The notes: generated from the sequence alone by a model not told the origin. A stretch of DNA of 64,000 bases from Lama guanicoe (GCA_013239625.1 MU053156.1:62467-126466); one strand, 5' to 3'. Positions 37,591 through 53,300 are shown, counted from the stretch's first letter. A program made the numbers and translations.

Positions 37591-40500
37591 GGCAATCATG
37601 AAAATTGAAGGGATGTTTACATGGTTTTCATCTAGTCTCCATGTCTCACTTCAAGATGACATTTATAATGTTAAAGTCAGTAGCTGTTTGCCTGAGACGT
37701 TCTGCACTGAGGCACACTCCTGTCACCTGTTACAGAGTAATTGCAAGTCCAGGAGAGCAAAAGTATTCTTCCTTTCATCGCCTGTGTCTCCTGCCCCCTT
37801 ACCTGGACCGGGTGCCCAGTACCTCAGCTGCTCTTTGTGACTCTGCGTCTCCTTGGCTGATCTTCTTGTCTGACTAACATCCTCAGGAGAAATGCTGTTT
37901 GGATTCTCCCTGGATGGACCAAAGGGGAGAACAGAGCCTTAGAACAAGTTTAAGCAGTCAAGTTCACTTTGTTTCCTAGGGTTAGAATAAACAAATCTGC
38001 AGCCATTTTAAATAGCTGTGATTCCACCTTATAATGGCAATTCATTAAATTCATATTATGGTGATTTACACCTCTCAATGGCATCACACCAGTGTGCCCT
38101 TTACTCCTCGGAGAACTTATTTTCTCAGTGGACCATAAACAGAACACAAATTTTTAGATAGAACTAAAGTGTACTGTCACTGGAGACAGTACAAAAAAGC
38201 CAGCTGGAGAGCACAGCTTTTCACAAGATGCTTACAATCTACTTACTTTGCTGCCAAAACTGTTTTGACCCTATTTTTGATTGCTTTGAGACTGAATGTT
38301 TTTGTTTTGCCCAAGAATACAGAATATCTTGGTATATGTAACCCAGAATAATAGTGAATAAGTCATAAACATCAGTAAAAATAAATCTGATCAATGTAGA
38401 TGATCAATCCAAATACTTAAGGCCAAAATAAAAGTGCTATTTATCGAAAATGAGTTATCTGAATAGCTGTCCACATTATCTCAGGGAAATGTCAAATGTT
38501 CCCTTGATGATTTCTAAATAAAACCTAATGTTTTTAGTGATATCAGAGAAACCTGTTACAAAGTGGAAAGCTTAGTCAAAATACTTTTCTTTATGTGAAA
38601 TCATTTGTCTAATTTAATTATTTCCCACTGAAATGATTCTTTATGTATCATATAGACACAGCCCAAATGTCCTGTAGATGGTCAGGAACCCTGTTAACAA
38701 GCAAACATTTTAGCTTAAAACTTAATCCCTATAGTAAATACCATACAATTTATTTGATGCTGTGAAGCCTTGTATTTTATAATGAAAAACTAAATGAAAA
38801 AAAAGGTGGGGGGTAGAGATGAAACTAAATACATCAAATTGTAATCTTTAAAATGTATAGCAAATATGTGAGTAGATCCATAATTAAAATTTGTTATTGG
38901 AAATAATGATATTTTACATTTTAGAAGATACATTTTGAAATAGTTCAGAGTATTCCTATGAGGTGATAATATGAAATTTTTCTTTGTTAATTAAGATGCT
39001 TATCTTTTCTTCATGCCACAAATATCATGTATGATTCTTCTGTCCTTTCCTCCTTTTGGTCCCTGACCTGCATCACCAGATCAGCTTGAACTTTCTATGT
39101 GATTTCAATGCTTTTTCATTTATGTATTACTTCTCCTTTTTCCTTTTCTTGTGTCAATCAACCTGTCAGAAAGGAACAGGAATAGCAGAGATTTCACAAT
39201 ATTTTATCAAAACCAGAAGCCTTACAGTGTAGCCAGTTCCTAATCTAGGATCAGCATTGTTTGTGCCGCTCACTGGACACCCATGAAAGTTTCCTGATTT
39301 TGAAGTCATTTTTGTTTGTTTGTTTGTTTGTTTGCACAGAACTCAAAAAGCATTTTAAGATTCTCAAGGACAGGGTTCATGATGAAAACATCCCCCCCCT
39401 TTTTTTCCCCTCGCTAGAGAATCAAGCATGTTTGTTTCTTATAAGAAGTGCTTAGAGAATAGTTGTAGGTATGAGATGAGGATGATGGTGAGGAAAATTA
39501 AAAACTGCTGCCTCTGGCACAATGCCACATATGGAAATAATCCTTTTAAGGTTGTAAGTCCCTTTGGCAGACCATGTTTTGGTATATTTTATGTAAACAA
39601 GCTGAACTGGATACCCTGTATGGCTTGTGTGTGCTATTGGGATACAGAAACATTTCTCTTTGTATATTTAAAACAAACTCCCCAAATTTTTGGATGGTGG
39701 AACTATGCACATGTAAAGATATTCATTTACATCTTTCAATCCATACCAGGGCAGTAGACTTCCCTTTGTAATGCTATCTCTTCAATTTAACAGAGAAAAA
39801 TAATTACAATCTCACTGGTCTCTATCTGTGTCTTAAATATTTAGAGGAAGTGACTCTCAGCATTTAAAAATATTTTACAGTTTATGTTAAAGGAAATAGT
39901 GGATATTTTAAGATCTTCTGTTTATTATTTCAAAGATGATAGAAACAACTTACTTGTATTATAGTAGAAGTAGAGTGAATACATTAAGTGTTGCATGCAG
40001 GGCATAAATCAAGTATTCTATTCCAGGTTCTGTCTTGTTTTTCCTGTCATTAAATGTTCATTCTCTGCCTGAGTGCTTCCCATCCTCTTTGAACTCATAG
40101 GAAAGACTTCATTCGTGGAAGCCCTGTCTTGGCACCTATTCACATAATGTGTTGTTATCTAATCATTTCGTGTGTATTAGATATCAAGACTCTCTCCTTC
40201 ATCAGAGCTGTGAACTCCTTAACCTGTACATCTCTTGAACATTGCATAGCATCTTGTAGTTATTCTGTAAATACTTGCTGATTTCTTTGTTGATTAACTG
40301 AAAATGGATTGCTATTTTGACATGATTTTGCCCCAACTGTAAAAGAGTGATGTCTTCTATTTATGGTTAACCTGCGTGCATTTGCAAGTCTTTAGATATA
40401 CATTCCTAGTATGGCTTTACATTTTTTATAATAATGATGTGAAGTTTGATAACAGTAATCTTTCCTCTATGTCTATAAATAAATGAAGAAGAATTTTAAA

Positions 40501-41969
40501 ATTCTTGTTGTTTAGCTGCAAGGAGTAATTTTACTCTACCTATGATCTCATAAATTTCTATCTTAACCAAAAAAGATTATTATGTATCAGTATACACAAC
40601 TTAGGTTAAATTTGGGGCAATATAATTTTATTTCTTACTTGAAGAGACTTAAAAACGAACGTGGAGGTATTTAAGTAAAAAAGATTTTCTTTCTTTGCTG
40701 TTTTTCTCAGTGTTGTAAATTTTTGATAATCTAAAATTTTCAGCTGATTTATTTTTCCAATTAAAAGCTCATCATGACTACAGAAGGCTTACATTTGCTC
40801 AGAGAAAATGAACAAATATTTCAACAGCTGAACATATTTTTAAATGACCTATATATATATTAAACACATTTGTTTAACAATAGGTGGTATCAAAGAGCTA
40901 CAATCTATTATCAATACTGTTTGGGAAACTCAAATTTGCTACCTTAATTTTTATTTTCTAAAATTATCTTTTGTTTCTCAATGATAATTTTCTTCATGAC
41001 CTGAATGAACAAAACTAAATATACTAAGACCCGTTCCGCTGCTACCGCTGCCTTGTCTGGTGTGGAAACATCTCTGGCCCTCTCTTCCGTTAGCGGGAAT
41101 GCTTCTTACCGGGCAGTGACCACGGATTTGGCCCCTCTCTGAGCTTTCACTCGCAGTGCCCTTGGGGCCGCTTTAGCCTGTCAGACCTTCCTGCGATAAG
41201 ACAATCACTGGCACCAGCCCTCCAGCCTGAACAGCTCCCCCGGCAGGTGTCCTGCATGCGGGCTTTTCGCACTAACAGTGGGGCATTAGAATAGGGCAAA
41301 GTTTTTTTAAGCTTTAAAGTAGTTATTCACGAAAAGTAAATAAAAACGTCTCTGGCCATAGCCCACTTCTTTTATGGCTACTAAGGTTTTCTTTAACTTT
41401 CTTTCAAACATGTGTAATGATGCCCTTTATCCAGCTATAGCAGTCATTACCCACGGCCAAACTCTCATACATGCCATTCATCTCTCTGCCCGTGTTATTT
41501 TGAAGCACACCCTAGACATCACATGTATTCATCCATAAGTATTTCAATGTACGGTTAAAACAGGTTTAATTTGGAATTGCACAACGGGAGCAGATAAGGC
41601 AGAGCCCCACAGTCTTGTCGGAGTTCAGGGGCTTTACACATCTTAACTTGGTTCTCACACACGCTTACTTAAAGCCAGTGTTGTTATGTATAAAACAGAC
41701 GTCACACAAACACAAATTATCACCAGAGCAAGTGTTTGGATGCAGAGTAAATAAAGGCTGTTCGGCCCTGGAGGCACCTGTCCATTCTCTAGAGGCTGCG
41801 CCTTCTTACTTCAGCATTTCCCAGGCTGGTCTTTTTTTGGAATGCTTCTCTGCTTTTGACCTGGTTTAGATTAATTTTTGCCTCCAAGACGCTGACCAGC
41901 ACTTTTCTTTCCTTGTTGTCCCTTCATATTCTCTCTCTCTCTGTCCTGCCTCCCCTCCCTTTCTGTCTC

Positions 41970-42188
41970 TTTGATGATAAGTGAACAGCCTGATGATTTA
42001 GATAAATGTATACACACCTGTAACCCACCCGCACCCATAAAGGTACGGGGCACCAAGAAAAGTCCCTGGTGTCCCTTTCTAGTAAATCCTTGCCCACCTC
42101 CTCCACCTGGAGATAATCACTGTTTCAATACCTGTGCCAATAGTTTACATTGGTCTCTTATAGAAATTTCTATAGATGGAATTACATG

Positions 42189-42224
<36 letters not shown>

Positions 42225-43660
42225 TTGTGTCTCTTTTTTAGTCCAGCATTTGGTGTGTGAGATTTATCACAGCCAGTGTCATTGTGTGTATGCAGAGTTT
42301 GTTCCTTTTTATTGCTGAGTTTAGCCCATTGCATGAATATATCACAATTTGGGTATTCACTCCCTTATTGACAGACACTGGGTTTTTTACAATGTTTAAC
42401 TATTAGGAATGAAGCTGTTATGAATATTTTTGTACAAGCATCTAGATTTTCATCTGTTGAATAAATATGTCTGATCAGTGGTTGGTTGGTTGGTTGGTTG
42501 GTTTGTTTTTGATGTATATTTTCATTTCTCTTCGGTAAATTTTTGGTACGTCATGGGGGCTATCCATTTTATTTATCCATTCAAAAAATCAGCTTTTAGT
42601 TTTATTAATTGTTTCTTTTGGGGTCATATTGTTTTCTTTTTTATTGCATTCCCTCTTTATTTCTTCTTTTTGCTTATTAGAGCTTTAATTTACTATTTTT
42701 TCTAGTTTCTTAGTGTAAACATATCATTAACATAAGACCTTTCTTCTTTCCCGGTGTTAGAGTTTAGTGTGATCATTTTGTCTCTAAGCCCTGCTTTACC
42801 TGAATTTCACTGTTACATACCGCTTTTCATTTATATTCAGTTAATTTTTTTTCTAATTTTCCCAGTGATATCTTTTTTGATCTCTTTTATTTAGAAGTGG
42901 ATTTTAACGTCCCTACGTTGAGGGGTGTTTCCAGACATTGTTCTGTTGTTGATTCCTTAATTCCATTGTGGACAGAAAACATAGTTTGAATGATTTCCAT
43001 CCTTTTAAATTTATTGAGGTTTATTTTATGGTCCAAAATATGTTCTATCCTAATAAATAATCTGTGTTCACTTGAAAATAATTCATTTTCTTCTGGTACT
43101 GACAGAAGTGTTTTATAAACTACATTTAGGGCAAATTGAGAATATTTTTAGAGTCTTCTATATGCTGATTTTCTATCTATTTGTTCTACCAATTATTGAG
43201 AGAGGGGTATTGATACCTCCAATTATAATAATTGTATTAGTTATTTATTGCTGCATAGCAAATTACCCCTAAAATTAGTGGCTTAAAACAGCCACACATG
43301 TCTATTATCTCAGAGTTTTCAGTTGCCTATCTTTAGACTTTCTCTGAATCTTTGGTATTCATCATTTTGGCTGTGATGTACTGATGAGTGTTTTTCTTCA
43401 TATCTTTACTGTTTTGGGTTTTCTGAGAATCTGGAAACTATTAAAAACAATCTGTATCTATATCTATATATATATATATATCTATCTTACCAAATTTTAG
43501 AACTATTCAACCTTTATGTAGTCAAATATTATTTCTGCCCCATTCTCATACTCCTTGACTAATTAACTTTAATTACATGCATATTAAACCTTATTGTCCA
43601 ACAGAACTCACTTCTTTCTGGTGGTTATTCCCTCACTTTCCAAAAGCTGTAGGCCCCTTG
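41970..43660 (-). mobile_element. Degraded old L1 fragments containing a (TG)n microsatellite (42193-42221) and a short MLT1-like piece (~43235-43320)
   Basis: T-rich antisense L1 patterns (ttaattccattgtggacagaaaacatag, ttgagagaggggtattgatacctcc). Confidence 0.65.
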
Positions 43661-43679
43661 AAGTCTGTCCTTTGTTTCT

Positions 43680-43856
43680 TTTTCAGCCCAGCTTTATTGA
43701 GAGAGCACTGACATGTAACACTGTGTAAGCTTAAGGTGTACATGTGATGCCTTGATATAGTCACATATTATAAAACAATTAACACCATAGCATTAGCTAA
43801 CCCCTCCCTCATGTCATAGAATTATTATTTCTGCTTTGTGATCAGAAGGCTTAAGA
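43680..43856 (-). mobile_element. Short L1 3'-end insertion
   Basis: Perfect 16-bp TSD tctgtcctttgtttct (43664-43679 / 43857-43872); tttattga polyA signal on minus. Confidence 0.8.
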
Positions 43857-45478
43857 TCTGTCCTTTGTTTCTGAGGGTCAGAAAGTCTGCAGGTGTTCTG
43901 TAGGAATTTTATCCAGAAGCATTCTTTCAGGCAAAGAACTGTAGAAGTGGTAAAAGCGTCTGCATGATTCCTTTTCACAAATACTAACCTCCTCCGACAT
44001 CCACCTGCTGTTCTCCACCTTCCAGTGCCATCAGGTGGCTGTTTGGTTGAGTAGGCAACCGTTGCAGGCACAGTACGTGTTGACTGAAGCCTGTGAACTC
44101 TGTAACCACACGCTCACTTTGCCCCGGGACTGCCACCCCAGGACCGTGTAAAGCAAGGGAAGAGTTCCAATATGCACGAGTTTCAGTGAGCACGTAGTGT
44201 GCACTCTGAGGACTGCCTGTGTTTTGTTCAGAGCCTGTATTGTTATCTGGAGGTTGGTTGTTCTGGTTGGATCTTTGTTGTCCACACCAGAAGAGCAACC
44301 TCTCTCCTGAGAGTTTTTATTAAAGCATGGTCTTATGCTTCTTTCCTTCATAGCACTTTTCATAATTTATAATTATTTAATTTATGTCTGTTTGCTTACT
44401 TATTTTCACACTGTGCTGTTAAAATTGTATGACAAACAGGAGGCATAATGAGATAGGCATTGAATGAAGGAATGACATCTTCCATGATGGTAAAACACAG
44501 GTTGCAAAACAGTTTCAATTATAGTCCCAAGATTCTTTTAGGGACCACAATCAAATAAACAGTATCATCAGAGAAACCCAGACAAGATCTCCATGTATGT
44601 TTAAGATCTAAGTTAGGCATTATTGGATATTGTACTAACAAGATATTTGTAAGATATTTCCTTAATAGTGTCTAACTGGGGAAATGCCTGGAAGTGTTAA
44701 TAGTTTATAATCAAGCTGTTTTAAACATATAGAATTTTATAAGTTATTAAATGACTGAAAAGCTATGTATTTATAGTTTTTATGGCTGTGACAGATCACA
44801 ATAATACCATATTTATGTGGTTAGAGAACAGGTCTCAAGCTTAACATTTGAGAGACCCTGGTGCTTTATGAAAAACATCTAGCATGGTACTCAGCACAGA
44901 GAGATGCTCAAGAAACAGTTTATTTCCTTTTAACTCCCCCTTCTCTTCTTCCTACCAAATCAAACAGGTACTCTTTTCAGTCAGTTCAGTGTACTTGTTT
45001 ACAAGCATCATTGCAACCCTGTATTTTTCAAAAGCTTAGTGAAGCTTAGGCAAGCAATAGTCCTTTGTGTATGACTTAAAGCAATTCCTACAGCAAAGCT
45101 GTAGAAGAATGGAACATTTGTTGCAAAATGCATAAGAACATATGTGTCTTCCATACAGCTCCCCAAATGCACTTTGTGCCCTGGTGAAAGCAGCAGCAGA
45201 TAATGGAGAAAGTTGGTTGAAATTTTTGCACTGAATTTCTCCTGGTGCTCCTTGGCTAGAGTAAGTGGAGGAGGGTCCCATGAATGGGCTATACCACACT
45301 TAGAGGAATCTAATTCAAGCTACAGGGTTATAGATCTCCTTTTAACTAAGCATATGACATTAGGGCAGATGACATCATAAAATGTGATTAGCTGAAGACA
45401 AGGCAGATGTGGGATCTCTGTAGGTGGCTGATGCAAATTTCCTCACTCACAGGGTGTAGATCCAGTAGGATTGTGTAT

Positions 45479-45636
45479 CAGCGCTTCTCAAACTTTAATA
45501 TGCATAGGAATCACCTGTGGATCTTGTTAAACTGAAGATTCTAATTCAGTGGTTCTGCGTGGAGTCTAAGAGGCTGTATTTCTAACAAGATTCCCAGTTA
45601 TGCTGAGGCTGCTGATCTGAGGACAACACTTTGACC
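45479..45636. mobile_element. MER5A-like hAT DNA transposon
   Basis: cagcgcttctcaaacttt...gaatcacctg...tttctaacaag...cacactttga-like end. Confidence 0.8.
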
Positions 45637-47894
45637 TGCTAGAGTCTACCATTGACTTGCTGTGCCAACCAAAATGGGGCTTAGAATATTTGTTCCTATT
45701 CCCTCCCTTTTTAGACTGTGATTACTACAATAAGAACCCATTAAGCTTCCTGGATTAAAAAAAAGCTTAGTGTAAAATAAATTCTAGACATTATCAATTA
45801 CAGCATCCCATGATTTTAGATGTTCTTGGCAAGAGTTCTTTCTGGCACATTGTTTAGTACACCTGTTTTCCCAAGATTTAGGGTTTGCATGTAATAAAAT
45901 GCACTAACTAAAAGATAGCTCAGCTATCATTCCAATTTCTTATTTTGCAGGTGAGGAGACTAAGGCTAGATTACTTACTTACGTGTTTTGAGCCTCTTTA
46001 ACAATGCCAAAAAACTAACATATGCTGATTTGGAAGCAGATCACATTGTGGTTTTACTTACAAAAGTTACTAAATAATGGCTTTGATTGTGATTTAAGCA
46101 ACAAGTTTATAAAACAGAATTATTTTCTCACCGCCTTGAGCTACTCAGTTACTTTGACATTATGTAGACATAGTATACCCAGACACCTCTTTTGCCCGGA
46201 AAACTAACACTTGACATGTTGTTGGAGGTATTAAGTGGGAGCATCCACTTAAATGGTAACGATTTCCCTTTCAGCATAAACATTCATTTTACTAAGTTAA
46301 TCTCTGCCAAATCAGAAGACATTGCTTATAATGTTCTAGCAAAGCGCATACACAAAAGAGATGTGATTAAATGCAGAATTTAACCAATATGTTTGAATGT
46401 AATTTTAAAACATGGTAAATAAAAAGTGGCCAAGTCCTTTCAGTTTTCAAATGTGATGTTCAAGTTGAAACTTTAATATTTTAGCTGCTTATTTTTTTGG
46501 TGAAGCTTTTAAATTAAAATGGATGCACCCCTGACCTCTCACCTCGTCCTGCAGTTTCCACAGCACACAGCACATTTCCTCACATATATATATACTTGTG
46601 TTTTGAATGAAAAGTCTTTAAACTGAACTCACATTTTCTCTTTTTTCTATATGCTTTCCATGTTGAAGTAAGTGGAAATATAATTCTCCTCACATTAAAT
46701 TGGAATTGTCTTAGAACACTTTCTTCTCAGTTTCACTGATTCTGTTTTCCAAATGCTTCTGTTACTCAGTGACTTAGTGACATCACCCTTCTCAAGCCAT
46801 CATAGCTCACACCTATTTTAGGAAACATCCCCTCTATTGACTTTTCTTCTTTCAGCCTCGCTCCCCTTTAATCCATCCCTAAGTGTTAACACCAGATCAT
46901 TCCTTTTAAAACTATGATTAGGCTTACCTTAACCTGGATCCTTACAGCAGCGCTCCATTATCTGTAGAATAAAATACAAATTCTTTAGGCCAGTATTCAA
47001 GGCTCTTTGTAATCCAAGCTCCAGTCTACCTTTTATGATTTACATTATACTAATCCCAACATAAACCCTCTACTGTAGTCAAATTGCTTGACTTTCTGTC
47101 TCCCAAACATGCCATATACTTTCCAGCCATCATGTCTTTTGCCACTTCCCTGGCCTGGTAGGCATTCCCTTCCCTTCTATTCCCATGAAGAGAAACTGAA
47201 GTGAAAATGACAATTTGGGAAAGGTAAGAAGCATTAGAGTTGATGGAGTTCAACCTCTCACTGCTTCCGCTATTTTAAGAAACTAAAAACCACAAAAATG
47301 CAGGTTCATGCTTATTAATATCTAATGAGCACTATGCTAATCATTGTATAAGTTGGTTAGTTTTTTAATCATGTGGTTCATTTCATATCTACCATACTGC
47401 CTGAGTTTTTGATAAATTTTTTTTGTAAAGACCAAAACTCTACTAAGTTTGATCATCATAAACTATCCTGAGGAAGTTCAAATGAAGCCAAATTTCCTAC
47501 ATGTCCTATGGAGCAGTTAATGACATCCGAACTGATGTCATATCATGAAAAAAAATCTGAACTGATTTTTCATTGAATCTAAAATTTTTCTGGTCCTAAG
47601 AAAGGGGTGCTCACACTTTATGCCTCACTAATATCAGGATAAGTCTAGTAAAAATTCAGAAGCTGGACTTTAAGTAGCATTTAAAAAGTTCTCAAACTTT
47701 ATTAGTGTGTGTGTAGGTGGGGCGGTGTGTGGAAGCAGAAACTGGCTGATTATAAAAAGCAAATTAACTAATATTTAGTTGAGTATAGCCCTTAATGGGG
47801 GATGATAGTGAAAGAGATTTTTCTCTATACTGAGAATAAATGAACCGTGCCACTTACAAGTTAACATTCCTAAGATTAAGAATTAAAACACAGT

Positions 47895-47991
47895 GGGGTG
47901 GATATAGCTCAGTGGTAGAGCACATGCTTAGCGTGCATGAGGTTCTGGGTTCAATCCCCAGTACCTCCATTTATAAAAATGGGGGAGAAAA
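47895..47991 (+). mobile_element. tRNA-derived SINE (vic-1 type), older copy
   Basis: tagctcagtggtagagc...ggttcaatccccagtacctcca, A-rich tail, diverged TSD aagaattaaaacacagt / aagagtgaaaacatatt. Confidence 0.85.
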
Positions 47992-48814
47992 AAGAGTGAA
48001 AACATATTCTGCAGTGACCTTGAAATAATGTATTGCAGATGACTTTATTGGTTGCACAATATTTCGTTGGGCATGTAGCACCACCAGAGTGAATCAGCAA
48101 CAGGCATTCATGATGATCTGCTATAACCTGAGGTTTGGAGGGCTATGATTTACCAGACAACCTACGTACTGTGATTTCAATTTTAAATGCATAATAACTG
48201 CAGATATTTGATAATAACCTGTTCTGGTTTATGGAGGTAATATTTTCAGTTGACAAAGAATAATAAATTGGTGTATAAATTTTCTAAAAGTGAAGCACAC
48301 CAATCCAAAGGCATCTTCAGGAAACTGTCTGTCTCAGAAAGTGCCAGCACAGGCGAGAACAAGACGTCACCTCCTCACCAAGGCAGTGGTATGATATACA
48401 CCCCAGAGCTTCGAATCAGGAAGGGAAACCGGGGACAGGGGATGGTAAGACTATGAAATCTTTATTGACTGGGTGAGTTCACTTGGAAATGACTAAGGCT
48501 GCACATGCTGTCACCAAGTCAAACGGTGTCTCAACAGATGTGTAGTTTTAGGAAAGTAAAAGATACTTTTATGCCCACTTGAATTCATGGCTTGCGCTGT
48601 AAGCAGTCATGGTCTCAGGCTGAAGTCTACCAACAGTAAAGCAGATGCTGCCCAACTCTGTTTTCTACAGAGACTGTCCAATCAGCCAGTGCTGACTGAG
48701 TGCCAGAGTCAGTTTGCTGTGGGTAATTCACTTGCCATATAAGTGCATTGTTATGAACTGTTGTTTAGTTTGGATCCAGAATTCTAGAATTAATGATGAC
48801 TACGACCTTCAGCA

Positions 48815-50370
48815 ACCAGTTAAAAGAATGTTCACAGCAGCTTTATTCATAATGGACAAAAATTCCAAACAACCCAAAAATTCAAGAACAGGAGAATGCA
48901 TAAACAAACACAATGGAATACTACTCAGCAATAAAAAAGAATAAACTGACCTGTCTCCGATCCAACATCTAAAGAGCTTGGAAGTTACTACTACCTCTGT
49001 TCTTATATATTAAAACAAATAAAACAACAAAAAACCAGAACAAATTGAAAAGCAATGACTTTTCCTGAATCCTATCAGATTGTTGAGGTTGCAGGGCAGA
49101 TCATCACCCTGAAATCTGAAGACACAGGCAATAAAGAGAATCACAGCCAAGATGTACTCATGTGGGACAGAAGCCACTGGAGCTATACACTCACTGGAAG
49201 ATTTAAATGGAGAATTTGATGAGTTGTTTAGAGGCCGAATGTAGACTTGTGTGAGAGTGAGAAATTCTTGAGGGTTCATAGTGGGGGAGACTCCCCCAAC
49301 ACTTTTACGGGTATTACTTCCAGTAACCCTTCAAGGTTCTTATGCTGAAGATTCAAGAAAGATCTTTTCGTGGAGATGTACTTATGAAGGTCACAGCCTG
49401 GAGACATATGCCCACAGATTTAACAACTTAGATGAAGTGGACCATTTTGGGGGAAGACACAAATTACTAAAACACACACAAGAAAAATTTGATAATTTGA
49501 ATAGGTCTGTATCTATTAAAAGAAGTTGAATCAATAATTAGTAACTTTCTGGGAAGAAAAGCACCTAGCTCAGATGGTTTCACTAGTGAATTCCACTGAG
49601 CATTTAAAGAAGAAATGATACCCAGTCAAATTCTGGCTCCTTTGAATAAATATTTCCCCAGGTCAGTGTTTGATTTTTGTTCTGACCTCAGAAGATCTCC
49701 TCCAAGGTGTCCTATTTCTTCTTTTCTCCCCAAAACTAGCTAGTCTGTGGTATAGCCTCTGTCTTGAATATCCTTCCAATGTCTGGTCACCACAACCTCC
49801 ATTTCTCTTCTAAGGGCCTTTAGGCTTGAACTTCTTCCCTCTGCTGCAAATAAAGTCAGTTCCTTTCAGAAGAGTTTAAGAGCTGTTTTATGGCCCATTT
49901 CTCCCCCAGGCACAGGGTATTCATGTTTGTTCAGTAAGTTAACCTGCAGTCTCATTATGGTTTAAAATATAATCACTTACCATCCCCTCCCCTCAAAACA
50001 CCCACACATCACTTGCCCACAGCAACTTTACCCCTTTGTACCCAAGAGAAGTGAAAATATATGTCTACTTAAGAACTTAAATGAATGTTCATTGCAGAAT
50101 CATTCACAACAGACAAAAACTGGAGACATTCCAAATGTCCATAATCCAGTGAAGCATCCAATTAATTACTGTTTGATGACAAAAAGCAACATAACTACTT
50201 GTCCTAGCAATAACATGGACGAATCTCAAAATACTATAAGAAAACACTAGATAAAAAACTTTTTGGAATGATGAAAATGTTCTAAAACTGTGGTGATGAA
50301 TGCACAACTCTGTAAATCTGCAGTGAACTGAACATTTACATTTTATACTATGTTGATATAGTTGTCTTAA
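48815..50370. mobile_element. Mosaic of old L1 fragments in both orientations
   Basis: aatgttcacagcagctttattcataat (3' end); gatggtttcactagtgaattcc (ORF2 PDGFT.EF region); L1M 3' tail ~50040-50370. Confidence 0.7.
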
Positions 50371-53300
50371 AGTAGAAAACAAGGGACAGCCTCCTGTTGC
50401 TTGCTGTTTGGTCAATTTTTTAAAACTCAGTATGGTATAAAGAGAGGGATGAGCATTTTAAAGGACCTTGTAACATGAATTAATGAAGTCCAAACTGCAA
50501 GATGTGGGACCCCGAGAGTTAGCAGCTGCTGCAGTCTCAAACTCTCCCCCTAAGCCCAGCCCCTCCAGCCTGCCTTAAAGGCAATTCTCAGAGTCTGCAC
50601 TGGACCCCACCACCAGCAACCCCCCAGCACCCGGGCAGGAGGCTCTGGGAGGACCTGGGCTTGGAGACACAAACCCATCAGTGCCAGCACTAAATGCAAA
50701 GCACAGCGAAAAAGTTTGAAATTTGTGTAGAAGATTCTGACTGGCTGAAAAAGAAACTTTCTTTTCTGGGTTAGGATGTGCCATCAACTTTTTTATTTCT
50801 CAACCACAGCTTTATGTCTTACAACAGACTATGTAATTCTTAAATAGGGGGGACAATCATGTTTCAGCTTCAAAGTCTCAAAATTATTTTATGGGACATA
50901 TGTAACAAAAAGAAAAGGATCTGCTAACTCCAAGAACTGCTCAGAGATCGTTTAATCTTCCTTTAATAACAATAAAAAGAGTAACTTACTTTAAAAATAG
51001 GTTTGTGCATGAGCCACCTCTATCAGTTTTCCAAAGGCAGAAAAATAGGCAGTCACTTAAAATTAAATGATTTATGAATAAACTCTGGGGAAAAAAAAAA
51101 GTATCTTAGACCTGTGTCTGTGGTAAGTGCTATAACAAAGAGAAATAAAAGGAAACTCACTAGAAGGAACCTAAAGCCAAGGCCTAACCAAGCCTTCTTA
51201 GTCCTCCCTCCAAGCCAGGCATCCACTGACCACGAGCTGCCTGGGGACCTGGTGTTTTGTTCACTGAAGCAGCTGAACAGCTAGTCTGTGTACTAGTACA
51301 CACAGACAACACTTGCTGAATTAATTAGTAACTGGGAAGCCCAGGTGGAGTTAAGTTTGCAGCTCTGTCCAGAATGATCTTATATCAGTGTTTTCACACA
51401 GTGACACAGTAATCTATTTCCTTATCAGTCTGTCTCCAACAGGCTCTGCAGCATCCCTCAGGGAGGGCGGGAACATGGACCAGGGCCTGGCAGAGAAGAT
51501 TCTCTGACTGTTAAATCTCACCAGGAGAGGGGGCTGCCCTAACCCACACAACTGTGGGACCCAAGTCTAGCAGTCTCACTTTCACGGACTCTGCTTTGCA
51601 CTCCAGGACGATGTCCAAGAGACTGAGGTGACGGAGGACCCTGGCTCTGCCAGGCCCACTCACTTCCAGGCAGTAATGACCAGAGCACTAGCCCGAGGCT
51701 AAGGGCTCAGCGCTCACCTACATGTTTCACCCAATCCCCCCAGCCCTGAGGTGGGTATCACTACCCTCTCTCTATAGGACAGAAAAACAAGCTCAGGTCA
51801 CAGACAGGTGTCCAGAGCACAGACTCTTACTTACTCTACTGTACAGACTCCAGCCACGGATCAGAACATGGGCCTCAGATAATCTGCTCTGAAGTCACTC
51901 AGTGGGTGGTGGGTTCCTGGGTGTTTACTGTTAGGCTGCATGGCTCACACATTATATATGTATCCAATATTCAATAGATTGTAAAGAATGCCACCCCTAC
52001 ACCGCCAGAGACAGGAAGGCAGAAGAGCCCTAAAAGCGACCCAAAGCCCCTCTCCTGCCTAAACGACTTTGCCCTCCCCTCCTTTCCTCCCCACCAGCAC
52101 CCAACAGCAGGCCTCCGCCCAGCACAAGAAGAGCAGGGGAAGCAGCACGGAGAACTACCCTAGTCAGTCAGAGGTCAGCGGGAGACAGCTCCTAACCACC
52201 CCCACTTCACTGCGCCACCCTAGAGAGGTCCAGCCTTATCACATGACTCCATCTGGGCCTCAGGTGCCGGGACCAGTGGTGCACACTGGCCCAAGCTGGA
52301 TCAGATTCTCTCCCCAAGGGGTCAGGGTGCTCTGGGCAGCTAGGGGCAGTGCTCTTCTGCCAAGTGCACAGGGATGTGGTAAAAGTGAAGAGAGGAAAAA
52401 AACAAAAAAACAGCTGTGCAGAGATGCAGGATGCAAGAAGATTTTGTAAATGTAAAGAGGGAGGGGAGTAGCTGCCTTGGTCTAGTTTTTAGTTCCTGGT
52501 TACATCCATACCTGAAGCTTTAACTGCTCTTCCTGTCCCTGCAACACCATGCGAAATATCCCTGGATCTTAATCACAGACTCCCCGATTTCTACAGCCCA
52601 TTTTCTACAAGTCGTGCCCGAAATGCTTTAGCACCCTTCCCCACCTTTCACCCAGCTAGCTCCACGTCATTCTCCATGTCCCAGCTTAAACAGCACTTCC
52701 TCCAGGAAACCCTACCCTCCCAGACTACTCTTCAAATCTTTGCTCTACTTTCGATGGGTACAGAAGGGAGCACTCTGCACCTCGTCATCTACTGAGTAAA
52801 CGGGATTACTTTCCTGTTAGGCTGTAAACACCAAAGTGTAAAAACCACTTCAATCCTACCGCTTAGCACGTAAGTCAGGTACACGCTCAGTAACGTTACC
52901 AAGTGAATGAAGATCAAGAAACTGGTGGAGAATGTAGGAGTGAGAAGGATAAACACTGATGAACACCCTTCTGATAAAAATGAAGCTGCTTTGACCCTAC
53001 CTCCGTCACCCCTTCCAAGTTTCTGGTTCCTCTCTCTTCTATCTCCACAACAGGCCCAAGTTGGTCACGACAATCATCATTTTATACTTTGGTGCTAACA
53101 CATTCAGGAACCCGAACTGCAGGAAGTACGTTTCCAGGTAACTCGCTCTAATAGAGGAAAGTCTAAAGTAGTTCAGGAAAAAAAAAATTTACACGTTTTG
53201 AGGTCTAGACAAATCTCAGTTCTGCTGCACATTTACTGGCTGTGAACCCTAGACAAGGCACCTGCAACCTGGTTTCCTTATCTGTAAGGTAAAAAATAAT